NCBI GenBank assembly: GCA_017501545.1 | Contig: JAFVWS010000023.1 | Location: 31,967-95,966 of the forward strand | Reading direction: 5' to 3' | DNA: 64,000 nt | Source: Clostridia bacterium | GTDB taxonomy: Bacteria > Bacillota > Clostridia > Oscillospirales > CAG-272 | Shown: piece by piece, positions 49,153-57,831 of the stretch | How positions within the stretch are numbered: position 1 is the first letter of the stretch | How the letters are laid out: each line of letters starts with the position of its first letter | Program-made: the position numbers and the translations under genes | The notes under the pieces: model-generated | Database searches by the model: none | The model's input: the letters and a program-made list of their open reading frames with translations, nothing else | Told to the model about the DNA's origin: nothing

Positions 49153-50889
49153 ATGGATTTTAGAATACAAGGCAAGGAATTTTTATTAAACGGCGAGCCT
49201 ATAAAGCTTATTTCGGGTGCTGTGCATTACTTCAGAAATATGAAATGCACCTGGCGCGACATTTTTAAGAAAATGAAGGCAATGGGCTTAAACTGTGTTG
49301 AGACCTACTGCGCGTGGAACATGCACGAAAAGAAAATGGACGAGTTCGACTTTTCTGGCAACCTTGATATTTCCGAGTTTATTAAAATCGCAGGCGAGGA
49401 GGGGCTTTTAGCCATCGTTCGCCCTGGGCCATACATTTGCGCCGAGTGGGAGTTTGGCGGGCTTCCTTGGTGGCTTCAAACGCTTGAGGATATGGAAATC
49501 CGTTGTCAAAACAAGACATATATGGAAAGATTTGAAAAATATCTTTCAAAAATGTTTGACGAAATTCGCCCGCACCTAATAACAAATGGTGGAAACATTA
49601 TTATGCTTCAGTGCGAAAACGAGTACGGCTACTATGGCGACGACAAGGAGTATTTAAAAAAGCTGTATGAAATTTATCGCAAGTACGGAATTGACGTGCC
49701 ACTTTTCACCTCAGACGGCACCGGTGAGGAGGACCTACGCGATGGCACTGTTGAGGGTTGCTTACCGACTCTAAACTTCGGCTCACGCGTGGAGGAAAAC
49801 TTCCGTGCGCACGATAAGCTTTTCCCAGATTCACCAAAAATGTGTATGGAAATGTGGAACGGCTGGTTTGATGCGTGGGGAGATGACCACCACCATACAA
49901 CAAGCGCCGAGGACTATGCAGGCGTTGTTGACAACATGCTTACGCGTGGTAGCCTAAATATGTATATGCTAATAGGTGGCACCAACTTTGGCTTCACAAG
50001 TGGCGCAAACCACTATGATAAGTTCGCGCCAGACGTAACAAGCTATGACTACGATGCACCACTTACCGAATGTGGCGATATTACTCCAAAATATATGGCT
50101 CTACGCGAGGTGATTAAAAAGCATACCGGCAAGGAGCCACCAGCTATCCCCGAGAACAGAAAAAAGAAAGCATATGGTAGGGTTATGCTTAAGGACGAGG
50201 CAAGCCTGTTTGATAATCTTGACAATCTTTCAACTAAGCAATTTTCAAACGTGCCAAAATGCATGGAAGCATACGGACAGGGCTATGGCTATATTGCATA
50301 CGTAAGCAAGCTAAACAGAGATTACCACGACACAGATTTAACCTTTGATGGTCTTGGTGACAGGGCACAGGTGTATGTAAATCGCGCGCTTCAAGGCATC
50401 GTTTACGTGAACGACGAAAGACAAAGCGTAAAAATCAATGCAAAGGGTGGCGACACGCTAACTATTCTTGTTGAAAATATGGGCAGGGCAAACTTCGGTC
50501 CAAAAATGATGCGCAAGAAGGGAATTGCAGGCAGACTGCTCCTTGGCAGACGCATCCACTTTAACTGGGACGTTTGCACGTTGCCAATGGACAATTTAGA
50601 AGCGCTTGATTTTTCAAAGAAGCCAAGCGCACCCTCACGCTTTTATAAGGGCAATTTCACAGTGGATGTGATAGAGGACACATTCTTATACCTCGACAAT
50701 TTCACAAAGGGCTTTGTTGTTATAAACGGCTTTAACCTTGGTAGATACTGGGAGATAGGCCCACAAAAAAGCCTTTACGTGCCAGCCTCTATTCTAAACG
50801 AGGGCGAAAACGAGATTATCGTTTTTGAATCCGACGGAATAAAGGGCGAGGCAGTAGTTGAATTTAAGGACTTCCCAACACTTGAGTAA
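49153..50889 (+). CDS. GH35 beta-galactosidase
   Basis: MDFRIQGKEFLLNGEPIKLISGAVHYFR, catalytic QCENEYG, and later nucleophile region MEMWNGWFDAWG. Confidence 0.88.
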   Translation: MDFRIQGKEFLLNGEPIKLISGAVHYFRNMKCTWRDIFKKMKAMGLNCVETYCAWNMHEKKMDEFDFSGNLDISEFIKIAGEEGLLAIVRPGPYICAEWEFGGLPWWLQTLEDMEIRCQNKTYMERFEKYLSKMFDEIRPHLITNGGNIIMLQCENEYGYYGDDKEYLKKLYEIYRKYGIDVPLFTSDGTGEEDLRDGTVEGCLPTLNFGSRVEENFRAHDKLFPDSPKMCMEMWNGWFDAWGDDHHHTTSAEDYAGVVDNMLTRGSLNMYMLIGGTNFGFTSGANHYDKFAPDVTSYDYDAPLTECGDITPKYMALREVIKKHTGKEPPAIPENRKKKAYGRVMLKDEASLFDNLDNLSTKQFSNVPKCMEAYGQGYGYIAYVSKLNRDYHDTDLTFDGLGDRAQVYVNRALQGIVYVNDERQSVKINAKGGDTLTILVENMGRANFGPKMMRKKGIAGRLLLGRRIHFNWDVCTLPMDNLEALDFSKKPSAPSRFYKGNFTVDVIEDTFLYLDNFTKGFVVINGFNLGRYWEIGPQKSLYVPASILNEGENEIIVFESDGIKGEAVVEFKDFPTLE

Positions 50890-50894
50890 AATAT

Positions 50895-50957
50895 AAAAAA
50901 TCCCCTTTTGGCCTTATGTCATTTGTCGAAAATGACAGGCTTTAAAAGGGGATTTAT
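50895..50957. terminator. Bidirectional nested-hairpin terminator
   Basis: AAAAATCCCCTTTT ... AAAAGGGGATTT outer stem with an inner ATGTCATTT/AAATGACA hairpin. Confidence 0.7.
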
Positions 50958-51265
50958 TTGTTAGAAAGCTTTTTGACAATTTGTGCAATGCTACCAAGAG
51001 AGGCTTCGTCCAAAAGCATTAAATCTTCGGTTATATTGCGTATTGCTTCAGGGGACTTAACCTCGGTTTCAAAAAATTCAGAAGGCGTAACACCCAAATA
51101 CTCACAAATGCAGAAAAACACAGACATAGATGGTAGTGCCTTGCCACTTTCGATATTGTTTATATACCCAGGGTTTTGTCCTATTGACAGGCTCATATCG
51201 CGCGCAGAGACATTCTTCTTATCGCGAAGCCTTGCTAAGCGTAATGAAAAATCTTCCTTATACAT
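50954..51265 (-). CDS. XRE-family helix-turn-helix transcriptional regulator
   Basis: LRLARLRDKKNVSARDMSLSIGQNPGYINNIESGKALPSMSVFFCICEYLGVTPSEFF. ATG 51265 has an AGGAGG RBS. Confidence 0.8.
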   Translation of the reverse strand: MYKEDFSLRLARLRDKKNVSARDMSLSIGQNPGYINNIESGKALPSMSVFFCICEYLGVTPSEFFETEVKSPEAIRNITEDLMLLDEASLGSIAQIVKKLSNK

Positions 51266-51442
51266 CGTTTTTCCTCCTGCTATTTTATTATATTGTATCA
51301 CATATATACCAGAAAAATGTCGGTTTAAATCCGTCAAATATATTGACATATAGGAATCAATATGATAAAATTTAGAAAACAACGGAAATGCTCTGCAAAC
51401 AGTCTTTGCAAGCTTCGTTGTAAATATACGAAGGAGTAAAAA

Positions 51443-52480
51443 ATGGGATTTTTTGATTCAGTAAAAAATGTAGTAAAGGAAGCATCCGACGAAGCAAAAG
51501 AGAAAAGAAAGTCAAAAGCAGTAAGAAAGCAAGAAGCCTCTTCGATTGCAGAAAAGCGCAAGCAATATCTTGAAGCCTTAGCCCCCTTTTATTACGCATT
51601 TGACAGTGGCAGTGGAATATCCACAGAGTTTGAAAAAAAGATACTCGAAAGCCTTGGATTTACAGATATTGACGAAAAGGCGTTATCGCAGTTACGCAGT
51701 CATCAATTTCCAGAAGGAGTGGAGCGTACCGACTACGTATTCAGAAGCAAGGAGCCAAAAACTAAGGTTGAGCCCTCCTTCTTGCTCGATTTGATACAGC
51801 CCGGCATAAGTCAAGAAATACTTACTGGAATAGCTCCTGCTCTTTACGAGGCGTGTCAGTACAAGGATTACACAATAGATGGTCAAATTGCAGACCTTTT
51901 AGCACCGTTAACTAATAAAAGAGTAGAAGATTGCAAGCGCGAGTTTATGGACGGCAAATTAGAGGCGGAAATAGAAAAAAGAGTTTTAAGAAACGACGTC
52001 AAGCTTTGTCAAGAGATATTAGAGGAAACCACCTCTCCTCTTTCCAATATTTTTGTCAACCTTGACACAAACTATGAAGAAAAAACCATTATTCTTTTGG
52101 GTGCAGCGTGTAGAATTTGCAATTTTGCTTCATATAACGGTGAGGGCGCTTATACTCCAATATCCAATGAAAAATGGAGAGAAATTGTCAAAGGAACGTG
52201 GAAATCCAAGCTTGAGGGACTAAGCCCTGAGGGCTGTGAAAGCGTAATCAATAAATATTTTTCCCTTATAATTAAAAAGGATATCAGCGAAACCTCCTTT
52301 GGGTATCTTTCAGATGCTATGGAAAACGAAACGGTATATGACGCAATAATGTATCATAGCTATATTCGCTACCTGCTTGGCAACAATTATGACAAAAAAA
52401 GCAAGTGCCTTAACATAGCCGAGGTTTACGAGGTGCTTTTGGATTGCTTGGTAAGCTCCGTTACCCAAGGAATGTCTTAA
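51443..52480 (+). CDS. Hypothetical protein (345 aa), no recognisable domain
   Basis: Good RBS (AAGGAG). The N-terminal amphipathic MGFFDSVKNVVKEA resembles PspA-type N-termini only superficially. Confidence 0.6.
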   Translation: MGFFDSVKNVVKEASDEAKEKRKSKAVRKQEASSIAEKRKQYLEALAPFYYAFDSGSGISTEFEKKILESLGFTDIDEKALSQLRSHQFPEGVERTDYVFRSKEPKTKVEPSFLLDLIQPGISQEILTGIAPALYEACQYKDYTIDGQIADLLAPLTNKRVEDCKREFMDGKLEAEIEKRVLRNDVKLCQEILEETTSPLSNIFVNLDTNYEEKTIILLGAACRICNFASYNGEGAYTPISNEKWREIVKGTWKSKLEGLSPEGCESVINKYFSLIIKKDISETSFGYLSDAMENETVYDAIMYHSYIRYLLGNNYDKKSKCLNIAEVYEVLLDCLVSSVTQGMS

Positions 52481-52534
52481 TAACAATAATAAGATAATTT
52501 TAGTGATTATTTATATTTTAGGAGAAGACCGAAT

Positions 52535-52843
52535 ATGGACTTAAGCAAAAATGAATTACTTGAAAAATTAGACACAATCTCCTCACGATATGGCGAAGTA
52601 GTCGCCATTAAGGAGAAAATGAACAGCTTTGTGCCCGAAGATATTTACATACGCCAAGTAGAGCTTCCTGCCTTTCCCGAGGCAGAGGGCGGAGAGGCTG
52701 ACACTGCAAAATTCATGAACAACGTTGACCACAAGGACGACAGTGGAAGTGGCTTTATACGTGCTTACGAAAGGACCTACGCCATGCCAAAGCCACCAAA
52801 GGAGCCAAAAGAGCCAAAATTTGAAGAGCCTAAAAGCCAATAG
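52535..52843 (+). CDS. Hypothetical protein; probably the N-terminal part of a gene split at an A4 run
   Basis: RBS AGGAGAAG. Ends in the PK-rich linker PKPPKEPKEPKFEEPKSQ*. The next ORF lacks an RBS, and its frame is open and hydrophobic right up to this stop. Confidence 0.5.
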   Translation: MDLSKNELLEKLDTISSRYGEVVAIKEKMNSFVPEDIYIRQVELPAFPEAEGGEADTAKFMNNVDHKDDSGSGFIRAYERTYAMPKPPKEPKEPKFEEPKSQ

Positions 52844-52893
52844 GCTTATTATTACTTTATGTCGCTACCGCGCTTGCTGCTTTAACTGCTGTT

Positions 52894-53817
52894 ATGCAGG
52901 TTGGTAACTTTGTGCTTGAAATTTTCACCTTTAGCTTAGACTGGAGAGACCTTTTTACGCTTGTCTTTGCTGCACTTGCGGCAATTGTTGCCGGTGGATT
53001 CTTTATAGGCTCACTTTTTGTGAAAAAATCGTATAAAGAGAAGGTAAAGACAGCACGCATAGCATTTGACCTTGAGCAAAAGCCTATGAAAGACGAATAT
53101 AACGAAAAGCTAAGCCAATACGAATACGATATGCAAGTATACAGACAAAAGGAGCAAGACTATATAGATGCATACTGGGCTTGGAGAACGATTTACCTTG
53201 AGCACCTTGATGAGGAGGAAAGAGTAAAGGCTCAGCTTGAAATAGACAAGCAAGAAGCAATTTCCGAAATTGAAGCAAACGAGCTTGTACCAGCCGAGGC
53301 AAGACTAAACGAGGTAAACGACCTTTTAAGCGAGAAATATTTGCCTGCTATTAATAAACTAATTGAGCTTATTAAAAGCGGACGTGCTGACACTTTAAAG
53401 GAAGCTATCAATCTTTACGAGGAAATTCTTTATAAGGAAAAGCAGCTTGAGCTTGAAAAGGAAAAGGAAGAGCGAAAGGAATATATACAAATGCTACAGC
53501 TCTTAGCCGAGCAGCGCCGTTACGAAAGAGAGATGGAAATACGCAGAATGTTGGAGCTCGAAAGAGAAATGGAAGAGGAGCGCCGTCAAAACGAAGAGGA
53601 GCGCCGCCATAGAGAGCAAATGGAGCTTCTTGAAAAGCAAGAATCAAATCGTCAAGCAGAGGCTCGTCGTGAGGAGGCAAGACGCAAGCACGAGGAAACT
53701 GCCGCAATGTACAGAGATTACCATGCGACCCACAGACAATGCCAATCCTGCGCTAATATGACCCATTGTAGAATGGCATTCCAGCGCTCTAACTGTGCAA
53801 GCTACCGACCAAAATAA
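52894..53817 (+). CDS. Membrane-anchored coiled-coil protein with E/R-rich region and Cys-rich C-terminus; probably the C-terminal part of the split gene
   Basis: TM helix LFTLVFAALAAIVAGGFFIGSLFV, long E/R/K coiled coil, C-terminal CQSCANMTHCRMAFQRSNC. No SD before ATG 52894. Confidence 0.5.
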   Translation: MQVGNFVLEIFTFSLDWRDLFTLVFAALAAIVAGGFFIGSLFVKKSYKEKVKTARIAFDLEQKPMKDEYNEKLSQYEYDMQVYRQKEQDYIDAYWAWRTIYLEHLDEEERVKAQLEIDKQEAISEIEANELVPAEARLNEVNDLLSEKYLPAINKLIELIKSGRADTLKEAINLYEEILYKEKQLELEKEKEERKEYIQMLQLLAEQRRYEREMEIRRMLELEREMEEERRQNEEERRHREQMELLEKQESNRQAEARREEARRKHEETAAMYRDYHATHRQCQSCANMTHCRMAFQRSNCASYRPK

Positions 53818-53899
53818 TATAAAAAAGAGCAGACATACAAGTTTTAATCTTGCGTGTTTGCTCTTTTTGCTTGTCTGTATGAATTTTTGTTTTCAAGAA

Positions 53900-54316
53900 T
53901 TAATCATCAAACTCAATACTATAAATGCCATAGCCCTCGTCGTTTTCTACTATTTCGATTTCAAGCCCTATTGTTTTTCCACTTACTATGATTTCCATTT
54001 CAACGTCAAAGTCGCTTCCATCGACCTCGCTGTCGTAATATGAGCTTGAAAGGCTGGTATATCTCTTTATCTCTATGCCTGACTGAAAGTCAACGCCCAT
54101 TCTTAATTCCTGCATGTTAAATAGATATTCTACTCCAATCGCTCTTGATGGGTGTATTTGCTCGGACGCCTTATCAAAGTCGCCACTTGAAACGTTTTCT
54201 AAAAACATCTCAACCTCATCTGTTGCCTCACCCTTTGTTATCCCCTTGGAGCAGGACGCAAGAGAGAAGACAAGCATTAGTATAAGTATTCCTGTAAAAA
54301 TGCGCTTAATTTTCAT
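53900..54316 (-). CDS. Hypothetical small lipoprotein
   Basis: Lipobox LVFSLASC. 138 aa. Confidence 0.6.
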   Translation of the reverse strand: MKIKRIFTGILILMLVFSLASCSKGITKGEATDEVEMFLENVSSGDFDKASEQIHPSRAIGVEYLFNMQELRMGVDFQSGIEIKRYTSLSSSYYDSEVDGSDFDVEMEIIVSGKTIGLEIEIVENDEGYGIYSIEFDD

Positions 54317-54336
54317 TTTTATTCTCCTTTTGCTTA

Positions 54337-55086
54337 TTAAATTTCCAATTTTATAAACAGTCCGTAGTGGTCGGTTGGGTACTTTCCGTCCACCAGCTCG
54401 TCAATAATTTTTAAGCTAACCGGCTTAATTTTATCGTCTATAAAGCAGTAATCAATATGCTCGTTATCTACTGTGCCGTAGCCGTGGTAGGTTGTGCGCC
54501 TGTCGTTTACTGTTGCCCCGTTTACGTCGGTAAAATGCTTTACCATTTCTTGGTAGCCCTTGCTTGTTGGGCGCATATTAAAATCGCCTGTTATAAAGGT
54601 TGGGTTATTTGAAATTTTCTTTGAATATTCATAAATAAGCTTTGAGCTTGCCACCTGACCGTTGTCGCCAAAGCCATAGTGCGTGTTCATATAGGTAAAG
54701 ATTTTGCCACTTTCTATGTGCTTTAAAATAACGTACTCACACATACGCCAGCAGTGATATAATTCATCCCACCCACGGGACTCAACCTCTGGTGTGTCTG
54801 AAAGCCAGAAATTGCCCTTGTCAAGAAGCTCAAATTTGTCCTTTTTCCAAAGAATAGGAGCGCCCTCAAGCTCACTTTTAGAGCGGTACAAATTAAACAT
54901 TTCATATTTGTCAAGGTAATATTTTTCTATTTCCTTTTCCCAAGGCACAGTAAACTCTTGAAAGCCGATTATGTCAGCATCGTACCCCTTTGTAATTTTT
55001 GCAAGTCTTGGCGCACGCTCAGCCACCGAGTTACCATTCGGGTCGTCCCCGTATCTTATATTAAAGCTAATTACCTTTAGTTCCAT
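54337..55086 (-). CDS. Endonuclease/exonuclease/phosphatase (EEP) family protein
   Basis: VISFNIRY...DIIGFQEF...GDFN...TDHYGL are canonical EEP motifs. Confidence 0.8.
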   Translation of the reverse strand: MELKVISFNIRYGDDPNGNSVAERAPRLAKITKGYDADIIGFQEFTVPWEKEIEKYYLDKYEMFNLYRSKSELEGAPILWKKDKFELLDKGNFWLSDTPEVESRGWDELYHCWRMCEYVILKHIESGKIFTYMNTHYGFGDNGQVASSKLIYEYSKKISNNPTFITGDFNMRPTSKGYQEMVKHFTDVNGATVNDRRTTYHGYGTVDNEHIDYCFIDDKIKPVSLKIIDELVDGKYPTDHYGLFIKLEI

Positions 55087-55214
55087 ATCTACCTCGCTAA
55101 ATAAGTTGTTATCTTTATTTTAGCATATATATTCACGGAATTCAATCTATAAGATTGACTTTTATTTTTTAGTCATATATAATTAAGTTAAGGCTATAAA
55201 AAGGAGCGACAAAA

Positions 55215-56297
55215 ATGGACTTTAAATATAAAAAGGGAATGGGCATTGGTGGTTGGCTAACCAACTACAAAAGGTTTAATGTTTTGCCAAACGACAAGCG
55301 TCTTGAATTGACAATTGGCGACTATGAGCATTTTGAGTCCTATATAACCGAGTGGGACATAATAAATATCAAAAATATGGGTATGGACCATATACGCTTA
55401 GGCTTTGACCAAATTGTTTTGGAGGAAGCGCCCTTTGTATATCGTGAGCATACAATGGCGCTGCTTGAGAATTTTGTTTCCCTTTGCCAAAAGCACGGCC
55501 TTGGCATTATTTTAAATTTACATAAATGCATAGGCAACTACTGTGATATTGAGGAAAATGTTACCCTGTTTGATAGCGAGGAATTAAAATCGCGCTTTAT
55601 AGGGCTATGGCTTGAGCTTGAAAATCGATTTAAGGACAACGAAAATGTAATTTTTGAGCTACTTAACGAGGTGAGAGATGTTGAGCCAGATTTATGGAAC
55701 GACCTTGCCGAAAAAGCAATAAAAGCCATAAGGCGTGTCAATAATTCAAGAAAAATTATAGTTGGACCTGTGTGCTGGAACAACCCAAACAAGCTTGATA
55801 AATTAAGAATTTTCGATGACGAAAACGTAATTTACACCTTCCACGTTTACGACCCAAGCGAATTTACACACCAGCGTAGTGTTTTACACTGGAAGCACCT
55901 ATATTACAACAGAAAAATGGAATACCCAGGCGATATTAAAAAATACCGCGAGTTTTATAAGGTAGTGCATAACAACCCAAACGCATACCCCCACATTGAT
56001 AGAATGGATATAAGGTATATGCGTGAAATTTTTAACCCTGTGGCTGAATTTAAAAGAGCGAACCCAGATAAAATCTTATGGTGTGGAGAGTTTGGCACTA
56101 TTCGCCACGCAGACAAAAGTAGCCGTGAAAGCTGGATGAGGGATGTTATCACCCTTTTAAAGGAAAACGACGTCCCATACTGCGTTTGGAACTATCTTAG
56201 CACCCCAAATGACGGCAACCGCTTTAGCTTAGTTGATGATGACACAAGAGAAATATTAAGCAAAAATATGCTAAATATAATAAACGGAAATATATAA
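55215..56297 (+). CDS. GH5 (cellulase-family) glycoside hydrolase
   Basis: GMDHIRL, acid/base FELLNEV, nucleophile region WCGEFG. Confidence 0.85.
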   Translation: MDFKYKKGMGIGGWLTNYKRFNVLPNDKRLELTIGDYEHFESYITEWDIINIKNMGMDHIRLGFDQIVLEEAPFVYREHTMALLENFVSLCQKHGLGIILNLHKCIGNYCDIEENVTLFDSEELKSRFIGLWLELENRFKDNENVIFELLNEVRDVEPDLWNDLAEKAIKAIRRVNNSRKIIVGPVCWNNPNKLDKLRIFDDENVIYTFHVYDPSEFTHQRSVLHWKHLYYNRKMEYPGDIKKYREFYKVVHNNPNAYPHIDRMDIRYMREIFNPVAEFKRANPDKILWCGEFGTIRHADKSSRESWMRDVITLLKENDVPYCVWNYLSTPNDGNRFSLVDDDTREILSKNMLNIINGNI

Positions 56298-56327
56298 AAA
56301 AGGGCAGAGAATTCTGCCCCCTTTTTG
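56297..56327 (+). terminator. Rho-independent terminator
   Basis: GGGCAGAGAATTCTGCCC palindrome followed by CCTTTTT. Confidence 0.75.
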
Positions 56328-56334
56328 TTCCACC

Positions 56335-56426
56335 GTTTTGCGCTCTTTTTGAAGCACCCTGTGCATTTCTAAGTAGTTTTCTACACCCGTAAAATCTATC
56401 GTATATTTTTCTTTATATTCGTATAT
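56335..56426 (-). pseudogene. Truncated orphan barstar-like immunity gene fragment
   Basis: Minus-strand translation IYEYKEKYTIDFTGVENYLEMHRVLQKE aligns with the N-terminus MYEYKEKYILDFTSMKDWRYFHSIIAKE of the adjacent gene. The start codon is ATA, and it is truncated after ~30 codons. Confidence 0.45.
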
Positions 56427-56447
56427 GCTTTCTCTGTGAAGCTAAAG

Positions 56448-56780
56448 TTATGTTAATTCAACCAACGAGCCTCCATGATGAATTGCTATTTTTATAGCAT
56501 CGAAATACTCATCGTTGTAGACATGTTTTAATCTCTTAAGAATTTTGATTAAAAGGTCCACATCCTTTTTATTTTCATCGTATATCTTGTCAAGCCCAAT
56601 TATTTCTATGTTTAAATTTTTGTTGCTCAATAAAAGATCTACCATGCAATCCCAAAAAGCTGACCAATTACGACCATAATGGTCGGGAAAGTCAAATTCT
56701 TTCGCTATAATTGAATGAAAATATCGCCAGTCCTTCATGCTTGTAAAATCAAGTATATACTTCTCTTTATACTCATACAT
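56448..56780 (-). CDS. Barstar-family ribonuclease inhibitor (immunity protein)
   Basis: FHSIIAKEFDFPDHYGRNWSAFWDCMVDL matches the barstar pattern (F.FP.YYG.N.DA..DCL). Immediately downstream of the barnase-domain gene. Confidence 0.8.
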   Translation of the reverse strand: MYEYKEKYILDFTSMKDWRYFHSIIAKEFDFPDHYGRNWSAFWDCMVDLLLSNKNLNIEIIGLDKIYDENKKDVDLLIKILKRLKHVYNDEYFDAIKIAIHHGGSLVELT

Positions 56781-56791
56781 GTTATGCCTCC

Positions 56792-57376
56792 TTATGCTGT
56801 AATTTCATAAAATGTTTGATAATGGTCATAGGTTACAAAAATCAACCCGTCGTTAGAATAAATTATCCTTTGGCGATTTCGGAATCCTCCATTGTAATTT
56901 ATATCTGCCTCATACCATACTCGCCCTGATACAGAAGGAAGCTTGTATTCATCATTATTATACAAATCTCCACCGATCATTTTGTTTGGACACACCTTAG
57001 CCAAATTTCTTTTTTTGGAAATCCAGCCTTGTTCCACTGCTTGCTTTTTTGTGATATAACAATCTGGCAAAATTCTGTTATAAAACAAAGAAAAATCTGC
57101 TCCGTCTTTTCCAGCGCTTGTTGCCTTACCCGCCTGCTTTGTTCGCATACGAACCCATTTACACCTGCAATTTGTATGTATATTCACCGCCACTTCTGTT
57201 CGCAAGAGCAAAACAGACGATGCTTCAACTATTTTCCCATGATTATCAATACATTTTTGACAGGTATGGAGTGACAATTCAGACATCCAATTTGCCCATT
57301 TGATACTGTTTCCCGCAAGCCTTCTTTCTTGGAGCAAATCATCGACTACAGTTACCAACTTATTTTCTTCCATCAT
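56792..57376 (-). CDS. Truncated MuF (SPP1 gp7-like head morphogenesis) domain fused to a barnase-type ribonuclease toxin
   Basis: MuF C-terminal motif HTCQKCIDNHGKIV...HTNCRCKW. The C-terminus YITKKQAVEQGWISKKRNLAKVCPNKMIGGDLYNNDEYKLPSVSGRVWYEADINYNGGFRNRQRIIYSNDGLIFVTYDHYQTFYEI is near-collinear with Bacillus barnase. Confidence 0.85.
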   Translation of the reverse strand: MMEENKLVTVVDDLLQERRLAGNSIKWANWMSELSLHTCQKCIDNHGKIVEASSVLLLRTEVAVNIHTNCRCKWVRMRTKQAGKATSAGKDGADFSLFYNRILPDCYITKKQAVEQGWISKKRNLAKVCPNKMIGGDLYNNDEYKLPSVSGRVWYEADINYNGGFRNRQRIIYSNDGLIFVTYDHYQTFYEITA

Positions 57377-57385
57377 TTCTCCTTT

Positions 57386-57414
57386 ATTATACTTTCTTTC
57401 TCTCAAATTGTCAA
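57386..57414 (-). promoter_or_regulatory. Consensus sigma-A promoter directly abutting the toxin start codon
   Basis: Minus strand TTGACA (57414-57409), 17 nt, TATAAT (57391-57386). Only 9 nt lie between the -10 box and ATG 57376. Confidence 0.5.
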
Positions 57415-57614
57415 TTTCTTTAATTATATATTAGCGTATAAAAACCGGTACCAAACGGAACTCTTTTTCTTTTATGAGCTTAGAGCAAAAAAACAGGGCA
57501 GAGAATGGGCTAAGCCCAAAGCTCATTACATTCGTTTCGGGGAACCCCTACACAAGCAGAAAGAGAGAACAAATCGGTTGTTCGCCGAAATGTCCTCTCT
57601 TTTTCTGTTGGTTG

Positions 57615-57815
57615 AATGAAATCGTGGCTATACCACGATGAAATCTTCGCTTTACTCAGATGAAATCCAAGGCGTTGCCTTGGATGAAATCAAATCCGTC
57701 TGTTATAACCCTGCGAAGCAGGATTTCATCGCGAAAGCGATTTCATCCACCATAGGTGGATTTCACCCGTCGAAGACGGATTTGACTGCGTGATACTCCG
57801 TTAAGAGTATCACGC
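57615..57815. repeat. Multi-hairpin array with constant GATGAAATC / GATTTCATC linkers
   Basis: Hairpins at 57621-57639, 57665-57685, 57710-57722, 57728-57741, 57745-57761, 57767-57779 and 57788-57815. Linker GATGAAATC occurs 4 times in the left half. Its reverse complement GATTTCATC (and variants) occurs 4 times in the right half. Confidence 0.7.
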
Positions 57816-57831
57816 TATTCTGCCCTTTATT

